Below are positions 1-13,034 of a stretch of 64,000 nt of DNA, piece after piece; the first letter of the stretch is position 1, and each line of letters begins with the position of its first letter. The stretch comes from Octopus vulgaris (Eukaryota), in assembly GCA_951406725.2 (NCBI GenBank), contig OX597831.1:38688001-38752000 (forward strand), in the 5' to 3' direction. Under the pieces are notes generated by a model. That model did no database searches, had not been told where the DNA came from, and saw nothing but the letters and a program-made list of their open reading frames with translations. The translations under genes were made by a program, and so were the position numbers.

Positions 1-339
1 TATATTATCTCAAACTGATATGTATATATATTTACATGCGCACACTAAGCATTCAAGAATGCAAAGTATGTCTGACTGTAAGTTTACATGTACATATGTG
101 TGTGTGTATGTGTGTGTGTGTGCGTTTATGTGTGTATTTATATATGCTAATATCGAACAGTGAGAATCAGCACTGCATTGGTGGATAAATATTCTTTGTT
201 TGTAAACAAGGTTACCATTGTTTTCATGCAGCTTTTATTAGCAATTATCACGCATACTACAAGAGACGTTCTCTATCGTCTACATATTTAATTATATTGA
301 GCGAAATGGACAATTCGACCTGCAGAAAATTCTAACAGG

Positions 340-492
340 AGCCCAAAATGCTTGGCGGCATTTTGTCCATCTTCACGGTCTAAGCAAAAATTCCTTCGAG
401 GTTCAATTTGCCTTTCAACTATTCGAGACTGAACACTGACTGACCCTGCTTTCCCGAAATTGCTGGCTCTGTGCCAAAATTTGAAACCAATA
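340..492 (+). mobile_element. Degenerate M-family SINE fragment
   Basis: aaatgcttggcggcattttgtcc...tttgcctttca...ttgctggctctgtgccaaaatttgaaacc resembles the better copies at 4239 and 60355. Confidence 0.6.
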
Positions 493-699
493 TATAGCAG
501 AAGTATAGAACACAGTATTCAAAATGAAAGGGAGAATGTTATGTATGACTTTAATAACGGACGTTTCACATCGTGTTATATGCATGTTACATTTCTGATC
601 ACCGTTATATATACGAAGTGACTCTTAAAGAATTTGTTATTCGGGAAGGACAGAGATATGAAAACAAAATACTTCTGCTTTTCTCTGGCAAATTACCTA

Positions 700-702
<3 letters not shown>

Positions 703-783
<81 letters not shown>

Positions 784-808
784 ATATATATAGGTATATA
801 TGTATGTA

Positions 809-852
<44 letters not shown>

Positions 853-1045
853 AACACACATATATATTTACATATATATATATATATACAAATATATGTG
901 TATAGATATATATATGTATATATACATATATATATTTGCATATATATACATATATATACTCATATATATACTATATATATATATATATATACAAATATAA
1001 ATACATATATATACATATATACATATGGATATATATGTATATATG
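703..1045. repeat. Compound (TA)n/(TG)n/(TACA)n microsatellite
   Basis: Directly visible. Confidence 0.97.
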
Positions 1046-1679
1046 TGGTTTGGAAGGAAGCTTCTTACCACACAGCTACGCTGTGAAGGGAGCCGTCGGC
1101 ATAGTAGATTTGAACCAGGAATTCACAAGTTTAGATGCGTTTGTATATATTTACATGTCCACATTGATCAAGAGATATATAAAGACAAATATATAGCAAT
1201 GCAGATATGCACTTGAAACGAATAATATAAAGTAAGGGAATAGCAACGCTGGAGGAGAGGCACGGGAGGGGGCGGGAAGAGATCCGGGTTCAGAGGAAAT
1301 TACATCGGAATCATTGTGTCAGATATGAATCATGATGGATTCTCATCTTTGATCTTTCATTGGGAAGGTTCTAGCTTCGTCTCTGCTAGATGAGATATTA
1401 ATGAAGATCTTACTAAGCTATGCTCAAAAACACAAACCGAATAGTCAATTCTAGGATTCGGTATCAATAATTCTCTTTACATTTAGACATGGAGAATATC
1501 TAATAGAGGAAGATATAATAGCGACAGTGGATTATCGACGCCAAATAGACCGTCATATAATAAGGAATATTGAAGGAAAGTGAAAAGGGAAATTTCTCAA
1601 TATCTGCAGATTTTAGATTGAGAAAAATACTTAAATTCCACTCCGTTTTGCATCACATATCATTGCATTAAAATATTCT

Positions 1680-1702
1680 GCTATTATTAATATTATTATT
1701 AA

Positions 1703-1773
<71 letters not shown>
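1680..1773. repeat. (ATT)n microsatellite
   Basis: Directly visible. Confidence 0.97.
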
Positions 1774-1775
<2 letters not shown>

Positions 1776-1777
<2 letters not shown>

Positions 1778-2188
1778 CAGCGAGTTGGCAGAAGCGTTAG
1801 CACGCCGTGCGAAATGCTTAGCAATATTTCGTCTATCTTTACGTCCTGAGTCCAAATTCCGCCAAGGTCGACTTTGCCTTTCCTCATTTCAGGGTCGATA
1901 AATTAAGTACCATTTGCGTACTGGAGTCGACCGAATTGACTGGCATCCGCCCCCAAAGGTAGAAACAAGTATTATCATTATCATCATTATTATTTTTGCT
2001 GTTGTTGTTGTTGTTATTATTATTATTATTAAGAAGGCGGCGAGCTAACAGAATTTCTAGCACGCCGAGAATAATGCTTATTGACATTCGGGATCGAAGT
2101 ATTAAGTACCAGTGAAACATTGCAATCGATGTAATCGACTATTTTCCACCCCTAAATATTAGGCCCTGTGCTTTTAGTAGAAAGGATC
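1776..2188 (+). mobile_element. Two M-family SINE copies (about 1776-1966 and internally deleted 2036-2188) separated by (ATT)/(GTT) repeats
   Basis: A-box-like gagttggcagaagcgttag, B-box-like gagtccaaattcc, central gtcgactttgcctttc...gggtcgataaattaagtacc. Confidence 0.85.
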
Positions 2189-2232
2189 ATTATAAATATT
2201 ACTATTGTTATTATTGCTATTATTATTATTAT

Positions 2233-2288
<56 letters not shown>

Positions 2289-2289
2289 T

Positions 2290-2812
2290 TGAGTAAGAGA
2301 ACAGTACATACCATCAAAGTGACACTTGGGTAAAATATACGAAACCCAGTATACCCATCATGACTACACGTCTGATGAGTCTGCATCAGGCACATGCATC
2401 ACAACCATATGTGCATGACATGGTTATCTCATATCAAGATAAACTGGGCATGACCTTGCAGGCGCAGCTCAGTTAGAATTTTCGTCAGGGGTGTAGCCCA
2501 TCTCGCTCAAAATGTCCCTGATTAAGTTACGGGGTGAGGATAGTGAACAAAACAAACATCTTTCCAGGGGTGAATTATTTAAATCCCAAAAAATTCTTCT
2601 TAACACATGACTATGATGCTCCCCAACTACTTCTGCTCGTGATCATATTGTCCGCCACCTATGGACATGCTCAAATGGTTAAGGTCAGACAAGTGACAAG
2701 CAAATTTATGGTAAAGAGCAGAATATTTGCTGTTGCCCATCTTTTATACCAAGGCAAAAAAACATAACACTTCCAATCAGTTAAGATCAGAAGCAGTGAG
2801 AGCCACTACCTG
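2290..2812 (-). mobile_element. Interspersed repeat, probably the 3' UTR of an R4/Dong-type LINE ending in a (TAC)n/(TAA)n tail
   Basis: Complex ~520 bp segment embedded between trinucleotide tracts; recognised as a common octopus repeat; clade inferred only from the tail and target. Confidence 0.4.
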
Positions 2813-2922
2813 ATTATTATTTTTCATTATCATCATTAAGTCGGCGTGCTGGCACCATCTTAAAAGGTTTGTGTGGAAGAAATCAACGCCAGATTTTATT
2901 CTTTGTAAGCCTAGTACTTATT

Positions 2923-2924
<2 letters not shown>

Positions 2925-2977
<53 letters not shown>

Positions 2978-3005
2978 TACAATTGTTGTTATTATTATCA
3001 TATTA

Positions 3006-3069
<64 letters not shown>

Positions 3070-3071
3070 CA

Positions 3072-3142
<71 letters not shown>

Positions 3143-3145
3143 GTT
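2925..3145. repeat. (ATT)n microsatellite
   Basis: Directly visible. Confidence 0.97.
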
Positions 3146-3216
3146 TTAATGTGCAGCACTTCACATTTTCACCCGCGTGTTAACGACTCCGCCAACGGTA
3201 AACATATTTATAATAA

Positions 3217-3610
3217 ATTTTCTACTATAGGCACAAAGTCTTTTTGGTGGCTGGGGGTAAAGTCGATCACATTGACTCAAGAACTCAACTGTTACTTAAT
3301 TTATCGACCCCGAAAGAAGGAAAGGCGAAGTCGACCTCGGCGGAATTTGAACACAGAACGTAGCGACGGGTGAAATACTTGTTTCTTTACTACCCACTAG
3401 AGGCTAAACACAGAGAGGACAAACACAGACAGACAAATGTATTAAGTCGATTATATCGATCCCAGTGCGTAACGAGTCCTATTTAATCGACCCCGAAAGG
3501 ATGAAAGGCAAAGTGGACCTCGGCGGAATTTGAACTCAGAACGTAGCGGCAGACGATATATCGCTACGCATTTCGCCCAGCGTGCTAACGTTTCTGCCAG
3601 CTCGCCGCCT
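3217..3610 (-). mobile_element. M-family SINE head-to-tail dimer with 14-bp TSD
   Basis: Two tandem core units; identical catatttataataa at 3203-3216 and 3611-3624. Confidence 0.92.
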
Positions 3611-3770
3611 CATATTTATAATAACGGCCATCATCTGCAAAAGCATTATGATGTTGAGTATACTGTTATGCAGATGATATATAATATCGTTTGTGATTCT
3701 ACTACAGCAGAACCGCATTTCCTTTTAACACGGGAGTAATGGAGTTGGTTATATATCTCTTTCATTTGTT

Positions 3771-4143
3771 TATCCTTCTCATGTTTCACTCACTGAGCTG
3801 CGACCAAGCATGGGCATCGTCTTGAAGAATTTTTAGTCAAACGATTTGACTCCAGCAATTTTCGTTTTGAAATCTGGTACTTATTTTAACGGTCTATTTT
3901 GGAACCGATTACCGTTATTACCCCCACAACGGGTGTAAAGTGATGGGGGAGAACACAAGCATTAACAGACACACACATACACACAGACGCTCACACACAC
4001 GCACACACAAAACCTGTGATTTTACTTTCCCTTTACGAAATCCAGTCGCAAGCTTTCGGTGAAGCCGGAAGCTATAGTAGAAGGTGCTACGCAGTGGGAC
4101 TGAACCTAGAACCAGGTGGCTGGGAAGCAAACTTCTTACCACA
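3771..4143 (-). mobile_element. Degenerate C-family (CORE-type) SINE
   Basis: gctatagtagaaggtgctacgcagtgggactgaacc...cttcttaccacac plus internal (CA)n. Confidence 0.8.
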
Positions 4144-4238
4144 CACACACACATGCGCATACACACACATTGCCTGCTGCTAATAGTATTTATTTCAAGT
4201 CCTGTCTTGACAGCAGACAGTATATCTAAACACAGCAA

Positions 4239-4646
4239 GGCGACGAGCTGGCAGAACCGTTAGCACGCCGGGCGAAATGCGTAGCCGTATTTCGTCTGCC
4301 GTTACGTTCTGTGTTCAAATTCCGCCGAGGTCGACTTTGCCTTTCATCCTTTCGGAGTCAATAAATTTAGTACCAGTTACGCACTGGGGTCGATGTAATC
4401 GACTTGATCTGTTTGTCCGTCCTTGTTTGTCCCCTCTATGTTTAGCCCCTTGTGGGTAATAAAAAAACAGAATCGTTAACACGCCGTGCGAAATGCTTAG
4501 CAGAATTTCGAATGCCGTTACGTTCTGAGTTCAAATTACGCCGAGGTCAACTTTGCCGTTCATCCTTTCGGGGTCGCATACTGGGGTCGATCTAGCTGAC
4601 TGGCCCCCTCCCACAAAATTTCGAGCCTTGTACCTAAGGTAGAAAA
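4239..4646 (+). mobile_element. M-family SINE dimer with ~17-bp TSD
   Basis: Second unit restarts at gaatcgttaacacgcc; flanks gtatatctaaacacagc (4220-4236) and gtatatttacacacagc (4647-4663). Confidence 0.92.
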
Positions 4647-5159
4647 GTATATTTACACACAGCGAAATAACAAAAACAACCAGATCGCGTAGTATTCAAC
4701 AATATGAAACCCCAAAATTGAAATACTTTATTCTTTATTAATGTACCGCTGCCTAAACTGGTTAATATACAAAAAAAAACTGAGGAAAACAATACTGAGT
4801 GGCAATTATGATTGATCGGCAAATCTTTTTCGTTCGTTGATGAATATTCAGTTCTTAAATTAATTGAATTATCTGCTCCTGAATAACCGTGTAAGTGGCT
4901 GGATGCGCCACAGTTTTATCACACACTGCTAATACTGCCTGAGAGTTACTTCGAGTATAATATCGACGCTCAAGTCGATTAATTGGAGTTGTGCCCGTCG
5001 TGGTAGTTACTTTTTAGAACCACACTTCCATACCTGGACGCCCCGTCGGACGTACGGACGCAAGCACACACACACACACACAGCATGCACATATATTGAA
5101 TCACACTTATGGAAAAAGATGATCACCAAGAACTGTTCTTCTTCTTCTTCTTCTTCTTG

Positions 5160-5299
5160 AAGCGGTTTGCCAAAAGAAGCTGACAGAATAAATACTAGGC
5201 TTATAAAGTAAAAATCCTAGGGTCTGTTTTTTCGACAAAAACCCTTAATGGCGTTGCTCCAGCATGGCCGCAATCAAACGACTGAAACAAGTAAAAAAA
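5160..5299 (+). mobile_element. C-family SINE 3' fragment
   Basis: gctccagcatggccgcaatcaaacgactgaaacaagtaaaa tail. Confidence 0.8.
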
Positions 5300-5335
5300 A
5301 CTGATTGAATGAGTGAGACCACTTATGATTTAAAT

Positions 5336-5534
5336 TAGTAGTGCCCAACCACATCTCCCAGGGCCTCGTGCGGTCCTCAAACATCCTTCCAGCGGCTCTC
5401 GACGGTCTTCCATCTATCAATATAATAGATAATGTTTTTATTGGTTTGAGTTTTAATTTCTTTGCTTGGGGTCCCCTAAAACAAATCTACGTTTTGGGAT
5501 CTGGTCCAAATATTAAAAATGTTGTGAACCACTG
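5336..5534. mobile_element. hAT/Charlie-like MITE relic
   Basis: Termini tagtagtgcccaacc / gttgtgaaccactg resemble CAGTGGTTCCCAAC TIRs; 8-bp flanks atttaaat / atcttaat match at 6/8. Confidence 0.5.
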
Positions 5535-5574
5535 ATCTTAATAGTTCCAAACATTTTATCTTGTGTTCTTGTTT

Positions 5575-5729
5575 TGGTGTGGTAAGAAACTTCTTTCCCA
5601 ATCACATGGTCCCGGGTTGCGTCCCACTGCGTGACGCCCTGGGAAAGTGTTTTCTACTAGAGCCACGAGCCGACCAAAGACTTGTGAGTGGATTTGGTAC
5701 ACTGAAACTGAAAGAAGCCCGTCGTATAC

Positions 5730-5806
<77 letters not shown>

Positions 5807-6020
5807 TGTGTGTATCATTGTTTGTCCACCTGTCATCGTCTGACAACCGATGCTGGTATGTTCATTTCCTCGTAGGTTAGCGGTTCTACAAAAGAACCCG
5901 TTAGAGTAAGCACTAAGCTTACAAAGAATTCGTCTTGGGTTTCGATTTGTTCGACTAAAACTCTTTAAGGTGGTGTTCCAGCATGGCCGGAGACAAGTGA
6001 CTGAAACAGGTAAAAACCAA
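5575..6020 (+). mobile_element. C-family SINE with expanded internal (TG)n
   Basis: ggtaagaaac...gtcccactgcgtgacgccctgggaaagtg...gaagcccgtcgtata(TG)n...ccagcatggccg...ctgaaacagg. Confidence 0.9.
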
Positions 6021-6509
6021 AAGGTGATTTTTCTTGAACTACATCATAACATGTAGCCGTTTCCTGAAGGCAATAAGAAGTGAGGCAGTGATTTAGAGAC
6101 GATTTGATTAATTTCTTTAACCGATCAAGGGATCAAAATAAATCTCATTGTTTCAAAGATTTCTTAGTATTTGCACTGCAGCAGTGAATACGCCAGTCAA
6201 CCACATAAGCATTAGAGGCGTGATGCATACATGAAACGTTATATGTTGGTCTTTTGCTCGACCCTGTTAGAATTGAAAATGTTGTTGTTGTTATTGATGA
6301 CGTGTTAAACCTCATCCCCGTCACGCTTCTTCTGACTAGTTTCTAGTCATGACCATCACGACAAAAGTTTCATATCAAATGCTATATTGTCAATTGTTCC
6401 CATTTTTGTTTTCTTAATTAGAAACTGGAGAACCTATGACATGATATATCAAACCACGCCATTTGGGAGAAGCACCCTTGTTTTTTCTCGCCAGAAAATC
6501 GAGCACAAT

Positions 6510-6722
6510 TGAATACCTATTTCTTTACTACCCACAAGGGGCTAAACACAGAGAGGACAAACAAGGACAGACAAACGGATTAAGTCGATTGCATCGACCC
6601 CAGTGCGTAACTGTTATTTACTTAATCTACCCCGAAAGGATGAAAGGCAAAGTTGACCTCGGCGGAATTTAAACTCAGAACGTAACGGCAGACGAAATAC
6701 GTCTACGCATTTCGCCCGGCTT
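6510..6722 (-). mobile_element. M-family SINE (long-tail unit plus start of next unit)
   Basis: Reverse complement of the M core and gtttagccccttgtgggtagtaaagaaataggtattc tail. Confidence 0.9.
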
Positions 6723-7230
6723 GCTTTGTACAATTGAATACTGTTGTATAACCAACAGAACCTCAGTCAACTTACTTGCAGCAACAGTAGGTTACTTTTG
6801 TTGGTATTGAGGCCGAGGTGGTGCCAGAGTTTTACAATAAATAACACAAATCAAAAGCCAGTGGTAACGAAGCGATCAGGAGTTCTAAACGAGTCAAGTA
6901 CGGGTATCATTGTGTAAATGCTAAATATAAAATGTATAAAACTTGTTGCGAATATTGGAGAGGCGATGTTTTAGTGGAACATGAAAGTAGCTGGAGAAAT
7001 AAAATTATTTATGAAGATAGTTTAACAAGACGGTGCTCCAGCATGGCTGCAGCCTAATGACAGAGACAAATAAAAGGTAAAAGATAGTGAAAATGTTTCG
7101 GCTTCTCTGGTAGAAAACCAGAGTATAAGACGGACGACAACCTAAAGTAATTCTTTGAATTTATACAATCTAGAATAGCATCAAAATATCATAGCCATAA
7201 CCTTCGCATCTTGAGTACCTGACAATACAT

Positions 7231-7613
7231 GGAAGCACTCCGTCGGTTACGACGACGAGGGTTCCGGTTTATCTGATCAACGGAACAGCCTGCTCGCGAA
7301 ATTAACGTGTAAGTGGCTGAGCACTCCACAGACACGTGTACCCTTAACGTAGTTCCCGGGGATATTCAGCGTGACACAGAGAGTGACAAGGCCGGCCCTT
7401 TGAAATACAGGTACAACAGAAACAGGAAGTAAGAGTGAGAGAAAGTTGTGGCGAAAGAGTACAGCAGGGATCACCACCATCCCTGCCGGAGCATCGTGGA
7501 GCTTTAGGTGTTTTCGCTCAATAAACACTCACAACGCCTTGTCTGGGAATCGAAACCGCGATCCTACGACCGCGAGTTCGCTGCCCTAACCACTGGGCCA
7601 TTGCGCCTCCACT
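7231..7613 (-). mobile_element. Full-length O-family tRNA-derived SINE with 12-bp TSD
   Basis: Minus-strand head gtggaggcgcaatggcccagtggttagggcagcg, B-box ggtttcgattccc; ctgacaatacat at 7219-7230 and 7614-7625. Confidence 0.95.
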
Positions 7614-7743
7614 CTGACAATACATTACATTAAAGAATCCTATAATCTGTATTAATATTTAAATATTTTTAATTTTATTTTCATAAGGGGTTAAGTTGTG
7701 GCTTAGGAAGAATCTTATTGCTCTGTTTTTTTCTTGCAAACTA

Positions 7744-8167
7744 GGATCTTTTCGGTTTGAACGGCAGTTTTTTCTAGCGGCGTCATATGAAATTGCCACC
7801 CATAATTATGACTCTAGTATCGGTCTATAGCATTTCAATATGTTTTAGCGTAAGGTTTAGTTAGGGTTAGATTTAGGGTTAGCGGTGGGGGAAGGGTATT
7901 TTTTTTTCTTCACAAATGTAAATAAACCCAATCTGTTTCTTAAACGCGGGAAAGAATGTTTTTTAACTCAATGGACGTTATCGATTGGTTGAAACTGCAG
8001 AAATTTAAGAAAAAAAAACAGCAAATATCTTACAAACTATAAAATTTTCTCAATAAAGCCAAGAGAAAAAGATGTCTTATAAACACATTCTACCAGTATA
8101 CGAAGTTTAAAATTTTTTAGTTACCTAGAAATTATGTTAAAAACTGCCGTTCAAACTGCAAAGATCC
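7744..8167. mobile_element. Non-autonomous DNA transposon (MITE) with GG..CC termini and internal TTAGGG-like repeats
   Basis: TIRs ggatcttttcggtttgaacggcagttttt / aaaaactgccgttcaaactgcaaagatcc; 8-bp flanks gcaaacta / gcaacctg. Confidence 0.85.
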
Positions 8168-8382
8168 GCAACCTGATTACGAAGTTGAGTAAGATGTCAA
8201 AAAATATAACAGTGATGAATACATAAGAAACTGTGGACTGTGGAACGGATGCTATTTGTTGGCGGTTATTTTGAGAGTGATAGAGAAATGTTTTCATAAA
8301 CTTTGATTAAATGTCAAATATTCCATAGTTAATAGAACTAAATTGTGATAATTACAAACAAATGTAAAGAACTGGCTGCATT

Positions 8383-8783
8383 ATTCTTTTATTCTTTTAC
8401 TCCTTTACGTGTTTCAGTCCTTTGACTGTGGTCATGCTGAGGCACCGCCTTTAGTCGAGAAAATCGACCCCAGGACTTATTCTTTGGAAACCTAGTACTT
8501 ATTCTATTGGTATCTTTTGCCGAACCGCGAAGTTACGGGGCCATAAACACACCACCATCGGTTGTCAAGCGATGTTGGGGGGACAAACACAGACACACAA
8601 ACATACATATATATACATAAACATATATACGACGGGCTTTTTTCAGTTTTCGTCTACCAAATCCACTCACAAGGCTTTGGTCGGACCGAGGCTATACTAG
8701 AAGACAGTTGCCCAAGTTGCTACGCAGTGGGACTGAACTCGGAACCATGCGGTTCGTAAGCAAGCTACTTACCACAGAGCCAC
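8383..8783 (-). mobile_element. C-family SINE
   Basis: Colinear with the 40163-40596 copy. Confidence 0.92.
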
Positions 8784-10062
8784 AAGCACTTGCTTAAAAA
8801 TTCTTTTGGCTTATGTAATGATCTCCGCTTTCCGTTTTCAAAAATAAATTACTCAAGCAGAATAAGTTACAGGTGAATAAAGACAAATGTTAATAAAGAT
8901 AAATGTGAAGATTACGCAAGGGATTGTGGAAGAGCTACTAAGTTTTGGGTGCTGTTTTGAGTGTAGCAGAGAAATGCCTTAATACACCTAGAGTAAGCGG
9001 TAAATATGTCACGGTTTATAAGACCAAATCATGGCAAAATACAAATTGATTGAAAAGAACTGCATTATGATGACGCTAGACTATAAAATAACTTTAAAAT
9101 AGCTTGTTCTCGTGGGCAAAGGTATCTATAACAAAACAATTACTTTTTCCCTTTAAACTCATTGTTATATTTCAATAACATCAAGAGCCAAAAAAAAAAC
9201 TATTACAGAAGTTTAATAAACAAAAGCAGTTAAATTAATTTAATTTCGATATATGTTATCGATTTCATAATGGAAAAGATTCCTTTTTATATTTTGTATT
9301 ATTGTATTTTTATGCAACTAGTACAACTTTTAATGGTAATACTCAACACTTATACAACTCTTAGTTTATCTTTGATCACACTTGGCACTGAAATGTTTAA
9401 TTTTTCTTTACATGAAGAAACATTAAATTTTATGAAAAGACTTCTGAAGTTAATGAGCATTAGGGAGTAGATCTAAGTCCCAGTATATCTGAATTTTTGC
9501 TTTAGTTTTCAAAATTAGAAAGCTTACCTAAATGAAAATGGCCATTAATATTGATTTATTTTCTCATTATATGTTTACTAGAACATACATAAATGGTAAA
9601 GATAAAATGAGATTATGTGGTGTTAATGTTTCTCTCAAGAGAAATAGTACTGGAAGTGAAGTTAGATGATAATACATAGTGACATGAAACTACATCATAA
9701 GACTCAGCTACATGAATATTTACCTATATAGATTCTACTGCGTACGACAACATCGTTTATATCAAAATATGTTCATAATACCAACATTTGGCACTGGGCC
9801 ACCTTGTTTTAACGATGAAACGGATGATGTATAAATGCGACTGAATCAACACTGGAGTATGACTGGTTTTTAATATTTCATTAGACAGACAACATAGTCA
9901 TAATCTACAGGCCAGAATGAGGAAAGATGAAGCTTCATAATAAGGATTTCATATTTTCGCACAAAGTCATCATTTTCGGGGGACGATTGCATGGACCCAC
10001 TTTTCAAATGGTACTTATTTTATCGACTCCAAATGGGATGAAATGGAAAGTAGATCATGGCG

Positions 10063-10063
<1 letters not shown>

Positions 10064-10139
<76 letters not shown>

Positions 10140-10142
10140 GTA

Positions 10143-10199
<57 letters not shown>

Positions 10200-10210
10200 G
10201 TAATAATAAT
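10064..10210. repeat. (AAT)n microsatellite
   Basis: Directly visible. Confidence 0.97.
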
Positions 10211-10418
10211 TTCTACTACAGGCACACGGCCTGGATTTTGGAGAAGAGGAGCCAGCCGATGAGATTGACCCCGGCACGCAACCGGTACTTAGTTTATCGA
10301 TCCCGAAACGATGAAAGGTAAAGTCAAACTTGGCGGAATTTACACTCAGAATGAAAGGCAGACGAAATACCACTAAGCATTTCGTCTAGCGTGCTAACGA
10401 TTCTGCCAGTTTGCGCTT

Positions 10419-10419
<1 letters not shown>
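10211..10419 (-). mobile_element. M-family SINE monomer (short tail)
   Basis: Reverse complement of M head, core and ggcc..gtgcctgtagtagaa tail, running into (ATT)n. Confidence 0.88.
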
Positions 10420-10449
<30 letters not shown>

Positions 10450-10527
10450 AAGAAGAAGAAGAAGAAGAAGAAGAAGAAGAAGAAGAAGAAGAAGAAGAAG
10501 AAGAAGAAGAAGAAGAAGAAGAAGAAG
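10420..10527. repeat. Pure (AAG)n tract, about 36 units
   Basis: Directly visible. Confidence 0.98.
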
Positions 10528-12275
10528 GCAAAGAGGTTGGCGCTTTTCGGCGAGGAACTGATTGATGATACGCAAGCTGGCGCAATCCCAAGCTGATCCA
10601 TCCACGACAACCTCCACCTCATGCGATACACAATAGACTGGTTGGGTAAGGAACCTGGCATGGGCAGGGGCCTGAACAATTTGAACCAGTCTAAAGCTTT
10701 CGCTAAGATCGACCACCAATAATTGGTGACTGTCCTCACGACGGCCAATTTCTGTCCCGTTTTCTGTGGTTAGATCGTTGCAATGTAAAGTGACACTTTC
10801 TCGGTAGCTCAGATGAATCTTTACATATCAGAACCTTTTAACTTCATGCGTTCGGACCGTCAAGAGTGTCAACTCTCGTCTGTTCTGTATGTACTGGCTC
10901 TTCAGCCGTTACTGCGGAAATTGGAGGCATTGAGAGGCAGCCCGCGCGAACTAGGGCACGAAGGAACACTGTCGGCATACGCAGACGACGTCATCTTCAG
11001 AGTGTCGAACAGCAGACACATACACTTGGTTGTCACTGCTCTAAAAGAGAACGAGGCGGTGACAGGAGTAAAAATTAACCAAGAAAATTGAGTAGGCCTG
11101 CAGCTCTGCACCTGGAGAGGCAGGTTCATGCTGTCCAATAATGTCACAGACGTTAGACGGAGGGACTGGTTAAATTGCTCCGGATCTCGTTTGGTCCAAA
11201 TCTCAAGGTGGAGAAGATCTGGGATTGGTGATGAGTATAGTGACCAATCTCGTCCAGGAATGGGCCGAGAGAAAGCTGTCCTTTGTCGGGCAGGGGTGGC
11301 GAATGCATTCAATTCTCCATAATATATTTTCTGACCGTCGTGTCTTGTCCCACTTTACGTGTGACCAAAGTAGAGCGCATATTTTCTGCTTTCTGTAAAC
11401 ACTTGCCATATACAGGGCTAGGTATGCCGTGGCTGGTGACGCGCAGACGTGCACTGAGGCTGCAACATCTCCAGTGCCTCCTAGACGGTGAGCAAATGTG
11501 ATCGCCATTTGCTAGGCACAATTTTCTACAGCTCGCCTCTTTGTCTGAGCAGCAGTTCTAGATTAAACGTTGACCGAGACAGGGTGCTCAGCACCTGGAG
11601 TATCATTAGGCGCTCACAGTCCTCTGTCAGTCGGGAAATGCAGCCAGTGGAAGTTCCACTTATGCATTCTATAGAGAGTTAGTGTCGGGTCAGTGTGTCA
11701 ACGTTCTTGGGGAGACTCTGGAAGTCGATCAGAAGGAGTTAGCTGGGCTCTTCTGGAGGACTTTCGGGCCGGGGCCCATTGATAACCTCCAGAAATCCCT
11801 GACCTGGCAGTGTTACCGGGAAGTGGAGTGGGGGCATTGCCGATTCGAGATAAGCTCTACAAGCATGGAAGTGCAATTAGCCGAACTTTCGGAGGTAGGT
11901 GCAGAGCGACGAAGTTGTTCTGCACGCTCTCGTCGAGTGGGTTCAAGTCGAACAACTAGTGTCGCCGATCCGGCTATCAGCTGAGTTCATCGTGAAGAAC
12001 CCCCGCGGCGTTCCTTTGGCGGGAAAAAAACAGGCAATATTTCTTTGTCTTGTGGCTTCAGCGAAAATGGTCGTGTAATGGACCAGAGTGAAAGGGCTGG
12101 AGTTAGACACGTCCCTTTTGGCCAAACCCTTATCAACTTTTTCAAATTTCACTTCAAAAGGAAAGTGAGAGTTCTCAAGAAAGTGCTGCCTTCCAGCAAT
12201 TTTGTTAAAATGTGGGTGAATGAAGTGCAAGTTGCTCGAGTGAATGGGGCAACTTTGAATGACCCAATTATCAAT
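10528..12275 (+). pseudogene. 5'-truncated, decayed L1/Tx1-clade LINE ORF2 (reverse transcriptase and C-terminus)
   Basis: DNLHLMRY...NQSKAFAKIDH, RQECQLSSVLYVLALQPLL (RQGCPLSP-like), SAYADDV, GVKINQE, GLGMP; multiple stops and frameshifts. Confidence 0.9.
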
Positions 12276-12666
12276 TTGAATGACAAATGTACGGAAGTGA
12301 CTGCAAAAGTCTGTTATTATCATGCTCATCATTATTATTGTCATTATTATTGTTGTTGTTGTTGGTATTAGTGCGTCGGACAATATGCATTATTTTAATG
12401 GTTGATTATATCAATTCGGCATGGTATTTACTCTTACGTCATAAAATACTACTAAATGATGAAATTCAATTTTTGACCGACCCTGGTGAGATTTGAACAG
12501 CGACCGACATATCACGAGTACATTCCACTCATTGTACCGTCAAATCTATAAGATCACTTCCTCTCACTAAATCAGTTGTTCTAGACAAGAAAGGAGCGCT
12601 TGAAGATACACTCAGCTCGATCAGCTAGCAATAACACAATATCTTCTTCCAAAGAAAACCCTGCCG

Positions 12667-12699
<33 letters not shown>

Positions 12700-12857
12700 G
12701 TATGTATATATATATATGTATGTATGTATGTATGTATTTATATATATATATATACATATATATATATACATATATATATATATACATATATATACACATA
12801 TTTATACATATATATATATATATACACATATATATATATATACATATATATACACAA

Positions 12858-12907
<50 letters not shown>

Positions 12908-12968
12908 GTATATATATGTATGTATTTATGTATATGTATGTACTTATGCATGCATTTTTAGACAGAGG

Positions 12969-13033
<65 letters not shown>
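12667..13033. repeat. Compound (TA)n/(TATG)n/(GATA)n microsatellite
   Basis: Directly visible. Confidence 0.97.

Positions 13034-13034
<1 letters not shown>

Noticed and set aside
2335-2395. CTGATGAG plus upstream CGAAAC as a hammerhead
   Set aside because: Stems I and III cannot be paired and no GAAA follows the stem after CTGATGA
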